Virus record (IMG/VR): IMGVR_UViG_3300028829_002872
Coordinates: 1 to 28,909 of that record
DNA length: 28,909 nt
Reading direction: 5' to 3' (one strand)
Origin: a virus
Lineage: Duplodnaviria > Caudoviricetes
Positions 15,558 through 24,451 of the stretch are shown piece by piece. A program made the position numbers and the translations under genes. Every line of letters starts with the position of its first letter. Positions within the stretch are counted from its first letter, which is position 1. The notes below the pieces were generated by a model. The model had not been told where the DNA came from. It saw only the letters and a list, made by a program, of their open reading frames with translations, and did no database searches.

Positions 15558-17915
15558 ATGCCAGCTCCACTCGCCGCTGCAGCAGCACCATTAGTAAAAG
15601 GACTCCTAGGAGGATTGGGTCGTGGTGCTCTTATGGGAGGACGTTCTGCTCTGATGTCAGGTGTTAGAGCGGGAGCTAAGGGCGGATTAAGACAAGGAAT
15701 AAGATCAGGAGTAAGACAAGGCGCAAGGAACACCATGAGAGGTGGTGGCGTCGGTGGTAGAGGTGGAGGTAATCGTGGTGGGGGATTGGTTAAGCAAACA
15801 AATGACTCTGCTATTACTAGATCTGAAAACGGTGGTCTTGCTGTACAAGGTAGAACCATTAAAGAAGGAGGAGCTTTAACTCCATCAGTAGGACCAACCA
15901 GTCAAAAATCTTCTGCAATTGTGAAGACTGGACCTACCAAAGATAACGTACTTGGTTTGTTAGAACAGATAAAACAAACCGCTGATCAAATTCTTGAAGT
16001 TGAAGTAAAAGAATTAGATAATGATAACAAAGAATATAAAGATACAAAGAAGGACCAAGAGAAGGAAAGAAAACTATTAGAATCTCAGAAGAGAGACGAA
16101 GAAGAAAATAAACAGGAAGAAAAGAAAGCAAAGAAAGGAAGGAAGAAAAAAAATCCTGTAGTATCAGCTGCTAAAAAAGGTCTTGGTAATATATTTGATT
16201 TCTTGATGGGAATCTTTAAGGACTTTGTTTTATATAAAGTTTTAGATTGGATTGCTGATCCAAAAAATACAGAAAAAGTAACACAACTCGTTAAGTTTAT
16301 AGGAGCTATTCCGGGTGCCTTAAAGTTCATGTGGAAGAACTTTGTTGAACCGTGGTGGGAATTTAGTAAGAAACTTTTTGGTGGCGGATTTAAAATATTC
16401 ATGTCCTTGTTTAATGTAGTCAAGGATGTTATTGAGCTTAAGTGGTTAACAAATCCAGGGGAATTCTTCAACACATTGATGGAGGTTCCTAAAACATTAA
16501 TAGAAGTTGTACCAGGAATTCTTGGTTCTTTATTAGATGCAATTACTGGTGGTGCAATAACAAAAATTGGTGATCTTGTTAGCGGACTGTTTAACAATCC
16601 ACTCAAGGGAATTGATCTGGGTAATGTAGGAAGTTTACTTGGAAGTGCTGCAGGTTTTGTTAAAGGATTACTTGGTAATGCATGGACTGGTATTACTAAT
16701 GCTGTTGGTAATATTTTTGGCGGCGGTGGTGGTGGTAATAAAAATACACAGACTAGAAGAAATAATAGAAGAAGTACTAGTGGTGCTAAATCTACTCCAA
16801 AACCAGATAAACCATCACAACCTCCAGCAACTAAACCCATAACAAAAACTTCTGGTACTGCAGATCTTGGTGATAAGAATTATGGTGTCAAGGTAAACGC
16901 AGCAAAATCTGTTGAGTTAGATGGTGTAACATATAATTTCACAAGAAAGAAAGATGGTTGGTCGGTCACGACAAGAAAAGAAGTTGCAACACGTAGAGGT
17001 AAAAAAAATAAAACAGTTCGTGTAGATGCAACTAAAGTTGAGGGTCTAGTTGCAGCGTTTGATAAAGAACATGGACAACATAAGGATGATGATCCAGTAA
17101 CTTCATCAGCAGACACTAAAAAGGACGCAAAAACTGAAAGAAATTCTTCTGGGTATTCTGGTAACATTAAATATTTTAGTAGTAATGGTGGTGGTGTTAA
17201 CAAGTCACTAAAACCAGGTAAATCATATTCATTTAATTCTATAAGACTTCATCATGGAGAACAACAACCAAAGAGACAGGATGGTTGGCCAAGAGACTAT
17301 ACACTGTTACATGGAACTGATTTAAATTCCGCTCCCAATGCAGATATTCCAGTTCCATTAGACTCTGAGGTAACACACGTTCAATCTTTCAGTGGATATG
17401 GAAATACAGTAATCTTAAAAAATGCTACTGGAAATATGTTATTTGCTCACTTGAGTAAATTTGGTAAAGTTAAAGTTGGAGATAAAATAAAAGCGGGAAC
17501 TATTATAGGAACTCAGGGTAGTACTGGTGGTAATTATGCAGATCACCTACACTTGGAGGCAGAATCTGCTGGTCATGAAGCTTTTATTAATTATATTACT
17601 AATGGTAAACCTACATATGGATCCTCTCCGGGTACAGGAGAACCTTCCGCACCACCAGCATCAATTACTCCACAACATCAAAATGATCCATCAACCCCAC
17701 CAAAGCTTTCTCCGACTCCCTCATCATCGGGATCTAATTTAGGATCTGCTCAGAGGGAAAGTAGATCGTTATCTTCTGGTGGATCTAAAAAATCTAGTCC
17801 TACTGTTATTAATAATTCAACTTCCACTCAAGCAACCCAAAAGGCATCGGAAACAGCTGTTGGGGGTACACTTCCTACATCTGGGTTGTGGGCAATTTAT
17901 AGTCTTGCGATATAA
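15558..17915 (+). CDS. Tape-measure-like / baseplate hub tail protein with C-terminal M23 peptidase domain (start MPAPL at 15558)
   Basis: Gly/Arg-rich N-terminus, charged coiled region and long amphipathic repeats, then GYGN.V.L...LFAHLS...VKVGD.IKAG..IG.QG.TG....HLHLE (about 17390-17560). Follows gp26/gp51. Confidence 0.8.
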   Translation: MPAPLAAAAAPLVKGLLGGLGRGALMGGRSALMSGVRAGAKGGLRQGIRSGVRQGARNTMRGGGVGGRGGGNRGGGLVKQTNDSAITRSENGGLAVQGRTIKEGGALTPSVGPTSQKSSAIVKTGPTKDNVLGLLEQIKQTADQILEVEVKELDNDNKEYKDTKKDQEKERKLLESQKRDEEENKQEEKKAKKGRKKKNPVVSAAKKGLGNIFDFLMGIFKDFVLYKVLDWIADPKNTEKVTQLVKFIGAIPGALKFMWKNFVEPWWEFSKKLFGGGFKIFMSLFNVVKDVIELKWLTNPGEFFNTLMEVPKTLIEVVPGILGSLLDAITGGAITKIGDLVSGLFNNPLKGIDLGNVGSLLGSAAGFVKGLLGNAWTGITNAVGNIFGGGGGGNKNTQTRRNNRRSTSGAKSTPKPDKPSQPPATKPITKTSGTADLGDKNYGVKVNAAKSVELDGVTYNFTRKKDGWSVTTRKEVATRRGKKNKTVRVDATKVEGLVAAFDKEHGQHKDDDPVTSSADTKKDAKTERNSSGYSGNIKYFSSNGGGVNKSLKPGKSYSFNSIRLHHGEQQPKRQDGWPRDYTLLHGTDLNSAPNADIPVPLDSEVTHVQSFSGYGNTVILKNATGNMLFAHLSKFGKVKVGDKIKAGTIIGTQGSTGGNYADHLHLEAESAGHEAFINYITNGKPTYGSSPGTGEPSAPPASITPQHQNDPSTPPKLSPTPSSSGSNLGSAQRESRSLSSGGSKKSSPTVINNSTSTQATQKASETAVGGTLPTSGLWAIYSLAI

Positions 17916-17919
17916 GTAA

Positions 17920-20097
17920 ATGTCAGATATTAACGTAACTGCTCACGGTATAAATCCAGAAACAGGTGAATATCTTTCACCATCTGAGAGAAAAGCCCTC
18001 TTTAAAAAAGGGAAGATGGGTTCTAAAATTAACACAGAGGCTTTCAAAAGCGGTGTTGTCTCTGGTGTTAAAGCAGCACAAAATGTTAGACAAAAAGCGG
18101 AATCTGATGTTGGAGGATTTGCTCAACAGGAACGTGATCTAGATGCATTAAATGGTGCAGCTGCAGGAGGAGGAAAGGGTGCTATTGTTCCTTTCACAGA
18201 AGTGTTCTCTAATGAAAATCCTTCTACCGAGAATGTAAGAGTCAATGTTGATGATGCACCACCTCAAGAAGCTGAAGAGTCAAAAGAAAGCTTTAAAGAT
18301 GCTCTTAAAAAATTATTAGAATCTCTTAAAAGAATAATTAATTTAAAAAGTAAACAAAAGAAAGCGTCTAAAAAAACTGATAAGTTAAAAGGTAAAAAGA
18401 AAAAGGAGAAGAAGAAAGAAAGAAAAACTCCTGGTAGAGATATCTTTGGCGTCGGTAGAAAAATTAAAGGTAAGGTAACAAATGTCTTTGGAGATATCTT
18501 TGGACTCTTTGGTGACATTATAGCGTTTGCAGCTTTAAATTGGATATCAGATCCAAAAAATAAAAAAGCTGTAAAAGGTATTGTTACCTTTATGGGTCAT
18601 GCATTTAAGTTTATCAACTCTTTTGTTGAAGGATTTATTGATAATACTTTAACAGGATTGTCACAACTTCTTGGACCTGATAGAAGTATTGGAGAAAGAT
18701 TTAGTGGAGCTCTTAAATTAATAGGAAGTTTCTTTGTACTTAGGTGGTTAAAAAATCCATTCAAGTTAGTTAAAGATCTAAAAAACGTATTTAAAATTTT
18801 CAAAAAATTTGGTAAGTTTGTAAATAAAATTTTACGAAAACCAATTAGGATGATCCAGAATTTTGTTCAGAAATCTTTGAACAAGACTCTAGGTAAAGTT
18901 TTCATGAGTAAACTCTTCAAACCATTGAGGAGATTTATTATCAAAGTTGGTGGTAAGAGTTTATTTAAACTTCTTGGTGCAGTTGGTAGAGGATTTACCA
19001 AAATGATTAGTAGGATTCCTTTTATTGGTGCTATCCTACAATTCTTCTTGGATGTATTTGTATTCAAACAACCTCCTGCTAGGTCTGCTTTTAAAGCAAT
19101 AGGTACTGCATTGATTGGTGCTATTGGTGCTGCTATTGGCGGACCATTTGGTGCTTTTCTTGGTGGTTGGGTTGGTGGAGATCTTGGTGGACTGTTATAT
19201 GATGGTTGGTTTGGTAGTGGATCTACAGATACGGATAAGAAAGATTCCGTTAGTAATGAAGGTCAAGATACACAAATCAATGATGGATCTTCGTCTAATA
19301 TCTCTCTAACCAATACTGATTATATGAATCTCATGATAGAGACTATGGATAAGGGTGGTATTACAGACAAAAATGAACGTATCATGTTTATGGCACAAGT
19401 TGGTCATGAATCTGCTGATGGACTTTATATGGAAGAGATTGCTAGTGGGGCAGCTTATGAGGGTAGAAGTGATCTCGGCAATACTCAACCAGGCGATGGA
19501 AAAAGATTTAAAGGTAGAGGCTACATCCAGATTACAGGGCGCGCAAACTATAGAAAATACGGTCCTATGATTGGCGTAGCAGATGCAGTAGAGAATCCAG
19601 AAAAACTTGCTGAGCCTCAAAACGCAGCAAAAGTTGCTCTTGCTTATTGGAAAGATAGAGTAGACAGAAACGCTGCTAGAAAGGGTATGCCTGGTATGCG
19701 TACTGTCACTCGTAATATAAATGGTGGACTTAATGGTTTAGACGATCGTATTTCAAAGTTTAATAAGTATTCTAATATGCCACTTGGTGGACAAGTTGGT
19801 GGATTAAATCCGATACCAAATAGAAAAATAAGTCCACCAGATTTATCTTATAACCCTGTTGATAGATCGATTAAACCCACAACAGCTGCTGCACTATCAA
19901 AGAAATCACCACCTGGTTCAATGATGCCATCTATGAGTACTGAGTTTGTAATTAATGAAAAGATAAAAACTAATCAAATTACAGAACAACCAATCATAAT
20001 AAACAATGTTAAAGAAGAAAACTTAGGAGTACATACTACCGGTTTCACTCTAAATAAAGATAGGAAGCAGGTTAATCAAGTCCTTAGTAGGTTATAA
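17920..20097 (+). CDS. Second tape-measure-like tail protein with GH19 (chitinase/lysozyme-like) domain
   Basis: Amphipathic/basic helical region, RIPFIG and GxxxG stretches, then FMAQVGHES, YEGR.DLGN.QPGDG.RFKGRGYIQITGRANY and INGG.NGL.DR (about 19330-19770). Confidence 0.85.
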   Translation: MSDINVTAHGINPETGEYLSPSERKALFKKGKMGSKINTEAFKSGVVSGVKAAQNVRQKAESDVGGFAQQERDLDALNGAAAGGGKGAIVPFTEVFSNENPSTENVRVNVDDAPPQEAEESKESFKDALKKLLESLKRIINLKSKQKKASKKTDKLKGKKKKEKKKERKTPGRDIFGVGRKIKGKVTNVFGDIFGLFGDIIAFAALNWISDPKNKKAVKGIVTFMGHAFKFINSFVEGFIDNTLTGLSQLLGPDRSIGERFSGALKLIGSFFVLRWLKNPFKLVKDLKNVFKIFKKFGKFVNKILRKPIRMIQNFVQKSLNKTLGKVFMSKLFKPLRRFIIKVGGKSLFKLLGAVGRGFTKMISRIPFIGAILQFFLDVFVFKQPPARSAFKAIGTALIGAIGAAIGGPFGAFLGGWVGGDLGGLLYDGWFGSGSTDTDKKDSVSNEGQDTQINDGSSSNISLTNTDYMNLMIETMDKGGITDKNERIMFMAQVGHESADGLYMEEIASGAAYEGRSDLGNTQPGDGKRFKGRGYIQITGRANYRKYGPMIGVADAVENPEKLAEPQNAAKVALAYWKDRVDRNAARKGMPGMRTVTRNINGGLNGLDDRISKFNKYSNMPLGGQVGGLNPIPNRKISPPDLSYNPVDRSIKPTTAAALSKKSPPGSMMPSMSTEFVINEKIKTNQITEQPIIINNVKEENLGVHTTGFTLNKDRKQVNQVLSRL

Positions 20098-21428
20098 TGG
20101 CAAATCAATTTTCTGGAGACTTTTCTTTAAAGGAAGTAACTCTATACAACGTATATAATAGCGAAGCTATTGATATAAAAAAACTTGTATTGGAGATTAA
20201 TTTATATGAAAGTGTTGTATCTTCTGCTCTTCAGGCAGAACTACTGATTCAAGATATTGGACAGAATTTGATCAGTAGTATGCCAATTGTTGGTCAAGAA
20301 AGAATTCAGATAAAAATTGCAAGTAATAATAAATTATATGATTTAAATTATTACATCTATAAAGTAGATGCACGTACAATTATTGAGAAAGATCAGACAT
20401 ATATTATTCATGCCGTTTCTATTGAGGGACTAAGAAACGAAAACTTTAGAATATGTGAAAGGATAGATGGAAAGAATTCTGAGACAGTTATCGAAGATGT
20501 ATTGAGAAGAAGTGGTTTCTCTACAAAACCATTTGAAAAAGATAATTCAGTGTTTCCATTTGACATGTATGTTCCTAACTGGAGAGTCTTTGATTTATTT
20601 AATTGGTTATCAATTAGATCTATTCCTGATTATAAAAAAGATTCTATTGGGTTCCTTTTCTATGAAACATTTGAAGGTTATAGATTTAAATCTATTGATC
20701 AATTAATAGATCAACCATCTTATCCTGCTCCTGATATTAGATATAAGTATTCTCAAGCAAACGCTGATGTAACATCAACATCAGCAGCTGATAGATACAG
20801 GGTTATGAATTTTAGTTTTCCTAAAGTGTTTGATGTTTATGATGACCTGAGAGCAGGTGCTTTTTGTCACCAAGCAATTTATTTGGATGTAAATAGAGCA
20901 ACCTATCGAGTATTTAAAACTAATGCTGATGAATTTTGGGACAAGAGTTCTCATCTAGAGAAAACTAAACCATACTTAAGTAATGGTCAAGTTCAAATGT
21001 TAGATAGGGGTAGTAGATATATCTATAGACCATCTACAATCAGTACGTTTGGTGATTGGGATAATAATCAAAGTGATAGTGAGAAAGATAATATTGATGA
21101 TATGAACAAAAACTTTGAGAAAGCATTTTACAGATACTATTTTATGCAGTATAATACTATCGACATAACTGTTCCTGGTGATTTAGAAAATAGAGCTGGT
21201 AATGTTATCAACATAGATCTTCCATCACCTTCTGAATCATCATCAACTAATGTCAAACCAGACAAGAGAGCTAGTGGTAGGTATCTAGTTACATCTATTA
21301 AACATAGTATTCTAAATAGAAGTGAACTTCGTACTTACATTACATTATCTAGGGATTCCTATGGAGGAAAACCAATGCCTGACACAAAACGATTTGAGAA
21401 TCGAACAAACTTAGACGGTACTAACTAA
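20097..21428 (+). CDS. Baseplate hub protein (gp27-like)
   Basis: E.N.YES....LQA...I.D...L...MPIVGQE, FLFYET.EGY.FKSID.L, I.VPG....AG.VI.I, SGRYLV..IKH, L.RDS.G. Lies between the tape-measure-like genes and gp5. Confidence 0.75.
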   Translation: MANQFSGDFSLKEVTLYNVYNSEAIDIKKLVLEINLYESVVSSALQAELLIQDIGQNLISSMPIVGQERIQIKIASNNKLYDLNYYIYKVDARTIIEKDQTYIIHAVSIEGLRNENFRICERIDGKNSETVIEDVLRRSGFSTKPFEKDNSVFPFDMYVPNWRVFDLFNWLSIRSIPDYKKDSIGFLFYETFEGYRFKSIDQLIDQPSYPAPDIRYKYSQANADVTSTSAADRYRVMNFSFPKVFDVYDDLRAGAFCHQAIYLDVNRATYRVFKTNADEFWDKSSHLEKTKPYLSNGQVQMLDRGSRYIYRPSTISTFGDWDNNQSDSEKDNIDDMNKNFEKAFYRYYFMQYNTIDITVPGDLENRAGNVINIDLPSPSESSSTNVKPDKRASGRYLVTSIKHSILNRSELRTYITLSRDSYGGKPMPDTKRFENRTNLDGTN

Positions 21429-21434
21429 ACAATC

Positions 21435-21662
21435 ATGGAAAATATAGAACAACATATTGAGAAGGATAAAAAAATCCTTGACAATCCACTGACTTCACCA
21501 AACCAACGTCGTCACATTGAAGGAGAACTTCACGAGTTGGAAGTCTATGCTCATAATCATCGTAAAGAAATTGAGGCCGGAGATCATCATGATCCTTCTC
21601 CACTAGAACTTTTTTGTGAAATGGAACCAGACGCAGACGAATGTCGTATCTATGAAGACTGA
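21435..21662 (+). CDS. cp12: CP12 Calvin-cycle inhibitor protein (cyanophage type)
   Basis: C-terminal CP12 motif PLELFCEMEPDADECRIYED and N-terminal IE.HI.KD..IL..P..SP..RRH.E.EL.EL. Confidence 0.92.
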   Translation: MENIEQHIEKDKKILDNPLTSPNQRRHIEGELHELEVYAHNHRKEIEAGDHHDPSPLELFCEMEPDADECRIYED

Positions 21663-24094
21663 TGTCAACATATAATCCTTCACAACCTTCTACCAGTTTC
21701 ATAGGAAACGATGACTTTAAATGGTGGTTGGGTACAGTAAAAAATGCTGATGACAAGGATGCAAAACTCGGTAGAGTTAAAGTAAACATTCTTGGATATC
21801 ATAGACCAGACGAAAAACCATCTAATTTACCCTGGGCTATTGTATCTGGACCTACAACATCTCCGGGTGTTCATGGGGCAGGATCTGCTGGCGCTCAATT
21901 AAAAGCAGGAAGTTTTGTCATAGGATTTTTTCTTGACTATCCAGACTGTCAACAACCTATTGTATTAGGTACACTACTCAGTAAGATCAAACCAGTTTTT
22001 GATAAAAATAGTCAAGAAGCAAAAGACTATTTCAGGGGGGTTGACAATGTAATTAGACAACAGAATACATCAGAGAGTGGAGTCAACGAAGCAGCAACTC
22101 CTCCTGAAGAAAGATCATCTACATCAGAAGCTGCTGCGGTAGCAGAACATTCTGTTTCTAATCCTTCTGGTAAACTCACGAATGTTCCCATTGGAGATGG
22201 AAAAAATGCGGGTGGTAAAACATTAAATAATAATCTTTCGTATGCTGTAACGGCTGTAGCTACAGCTATAGCACAAGCAAGAAAAGTTGATAATGCAGAA
22301 ACAGAAATTACTGTCGATACTGATACAGAAGATCAAACTTTATTTGTAAAAGACACACAAGACTTTCCATGGAATGGATGGTTACAAGTAGGTAGTGAGA
22401 AGGTAACCTATACTAATAAAGAAGAAGGAAAATTTGTATCAGTTGTTAGAGGTGGAGACGGAACCAAAGCAGTAGTTCATGAACCTGGCACTAAAGTTAG
22501 ATTAATAACAAAGAGTGAATACCTGGGAGTTGACAAGGACGAAGATGGAAATAAAAAGAAAGGTGAGATTCTAGGAACGTTTACCGATACTATAGTTGAT
22601 ATCAAATCAATTGTTGATGATAATCTTGACATGATCAAGAATTCTTTGTACTGGCTTGTTAATCAGATTAAATCATGGTTAATGGGTCAAGTAACTCAGA
22701 TCATGAATACACTTGGATATTCCATTCCTTCACCTGGTCCTGGTGTAACCAAGACTATTACTGAAGCAATCATGTTTATCATAAGACAGATTGCATGTAC
22801 ATTTGATACAGCTCTTATCGATAGTCTGTTTGGTATTATCGAAGATGCTATCAATACATTGCTTAATACTGCAATGGATATCATTGACTCGGTTGAGTGT
22901 GTATTCGATGCAATTTTTGAGACTATTTTTAACATCACAGATCTAGTTGAACAAGTAATTGATACCGTTAATGATATTGCATCTGGTATCAGTGGTATTG
23001 ATATAGAAAATCTATCTGACTTATCTCAGATCAATGTAACTAGTGTTCTAGAGTTTATCTTCCAACTTCTGAAGATTGGTTGTTATAAAGACACTGAAGA
23101 TCCATACGCTATATCTTTTGATTCTTGTGCAATAGGTTTTGCTTTAGATTGTGGTATTGGTAGTGGTAAGGGTGTTGGTGCATCAATCACTGGTGTCAAA
23201 GGTAAATTAAATCCACAGTACACACGAATTATAGGACAGTTCTCTGAAACTGGCACAATGGTATTGATGGATGATACCCCATATAATACAAGGCTTGTTA
23301 TTGAACATGGTCCTAGTAAATCTGGTATTCACATCTCAGATAACGGTGATGTCAGAATTACTAATGCACAGAGAAAAACAGAAGTTGTAGTTAAAGATAA
23401 TGACATCATTGTACATGGAAATGTAAACATGATGGTTGATGGTAACTATCACTTAAAAGTTGGTAAAGACTACCACTTAGAAGTTTTAGGTCACTATAAT
23501 ATGTCTGTAAATAAGGAAAGTGCAATAACTTATTATGGAGAACATAAATCAATATTCAAAAATGACTCCAGGATAGAAGCTACAAATGGATTAGCACTAA
23601 CTGCTTCTAAACTTGGACTATCTGCATCTGGTCAATATGAATTGTTCTCTCCAGTTGCAACTAATTGGGTTAATGAAATAAACAATTTCTGTATGGGATC
23701 ATTCAATGTTATTACTACATTCTACAACAAACATGTAGGACTTAATAATTTTACTCAAGTTGTAGGTAACAATATCTCGAATAGAATTGGGAGTAATTTT
23801 GAAATCGGTGTTGGATTATCAAATAAAACTCAATTAGGAAGTGAACAAGATTGGTATGGTGGTACCTTTAATGAGATTGGTACTGGAATATGGAGTGAAA
23901 ATAAATTATCTGCTGATCAAAAGAATACTTTAGGAGTGTCATCTTATACAAAAGCTGCTGTATCATGGGAATCTATTGTTGGTGCAAAATTCTTACAAAC
24001 AACTGGTATAATGTCAGACACTTCTCAAGGTATTAGCTTTAAACAGTCAATGGCGGTAGGAATGAATATGCATCCACTCACCATCAACGCTTGA
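21662..24094 (+). CDS. gp5: Baseplate central spike gp5-like (OB-fold N-terminus, beta-helix C-terminus, no T4 lysozyme domain)
   Basis: FIG.D.F.WW.G.V, GRVKV.ILGYH, LPWA, G.FVIGFFLD..DCQQPI.LG; then SE.G....DDTP...R..I.H and V.GN....V.G.Y.L.V repeats. Confidence 0.88.
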   Translation: MSTYNPSQPSTSFIGNDDFKWWLGTVKNADDKDAKLGRVKVNILGYHRPDEKPSNLPWAIVSGPTTSPGVHGAGSAGAQLKAGSFVIGFFLDYPDCQQPIVLGTLLSKIKPVFDKNSQEAKDYFRGVDNVIRQQNTSESGVNEAATPPEERSSTSEAAAVAEHSVSNPSGKLTNVPIGDGKNAGGKTLNNNLSYAVTAVATAIAQARKVDNAETEITVDTDTEDQTLFVKDTQDFPWNGWLQVGSEKVTYTNKEEGKFVSVVRGGDGTKAVVHEPGTKVRLITKSEYLGVDKDEDGNKKKGEILGTFTDTIVDIKSIVDDNLDMIKNSLYWLVNQIKSWLMGQVTQIMNTLGYSIPSPGPGVTKTITEAIMFIIRQIACTFDTALIDSLFGIIEDAINTLLNTAMDIIDSVECVFDAIFETIFNITDLVEQVIDTVNDIASGISGIDIENLSDLSQINVTSVLEFIFQLLKIGCYKDTEDPYAISFDSCAIGFALDCGIGSGKGVGASITGVKGKLNPQYTRIIGQFSETGTMVLMDDTPYNTRLVIEHGPSKSGIHISDNGDVRITNAQRKTEVVVKDNDIIVHGNVNMMVDGNYHLKVGKDYHLEVLGHYNMSVNKESAITYYGEHKSIFKNDSRIEATNGLALTASKLGLSASGQYELFSPVATNWVNEINNFCMGSFNVITTFYNKHVGLNNFTQVVGNNISNRIGSNFEIGVGLSNKTQLGSEQDWYGGTFNEIGTGIWSENKLSADQKNTLGVSSYTKAAVSWESIVGAKFLQTTGIMSDTSQGISFKQSMAVGMNMHPLTINA

Positions 24095-24119
24095 CAATTG
24101 GTATTTTTTATAGTATACT
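24091..24119 (+). promoter_or_regulatory. Sigma70-type promoter
   Basis: TTGACA (overlapping the gp5 stop), 17 nt spacer, TATACT. Confidence 0.8.
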
Positions 24120-24142
24120 GGTATTAGGATAGGAGAATCTTA

Positions 24143-24328
24143 ATGGACGTAAGACCCGAATCAACTTTACATTCAGTTAAAGTTAATATGTTAACAAGAG
24201 TTGTCACTTTGATAGGTCATGATGGAGAGTCGGTAGACGTTGAGAACAATACCGCTAATGAATTTGTTCAAATGTGTACCTTCATCAATGAATCTTTGTC
24301 TGATGATATGATAGAGTATACTTATTGA
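24143..24328 (+). CDS. Hypothetical protein
   Basis: 61 aa ORF with an AGGAG Shine-Dalgarno and its own sigma70-like promoter. Confidence 0.8.
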   Translation: MDVRPESTLHSVKVNMLTRVVTLIGHDGESVDVENNTANEFVQMCTFINESLSDDMIEYTY

Positions 24329-24353
24329 CATCGCACGGAACATTGAGTATAAT
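24325..24353 (+). promoter_or_regulatory. Consensus sigma70 promoter upstream of tRNA-Leu
   Basis: TTGACA (24325-24330), 17 nt spacer, TATAAT (24348-24353). Confidence 0.88.
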
Positions 24354-24451
24354 GTATAGATAAGAGGTTCAAACCTCAGTGAAATCCCGACTTTGTTTAC
24401 CAAAAAGTCGGCAAAAAAATCCCGGGCCAAAATTGATCTTAGGCCCTTTTT

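Noticed and set aside
16085-16840. 251 aa antisense ORF, and the other minus-strand ORFs overlapping long genes (e.g. 624-881, 2476-2808, 15503-15859, 21433-21789)
   Set aside because: They lie opposite well-supported genes and have no motifs. They are shadows of codon bias.
24364-24377. GGTTCAAA hairpin as the T-arm of a second tRNA
   Set aside because: The stem/loop geometry does not fit a 5-bp stem with a 7-nt loop, and no D-arm or anticodon arm lies upstream. Kept only as part of the leader finding.
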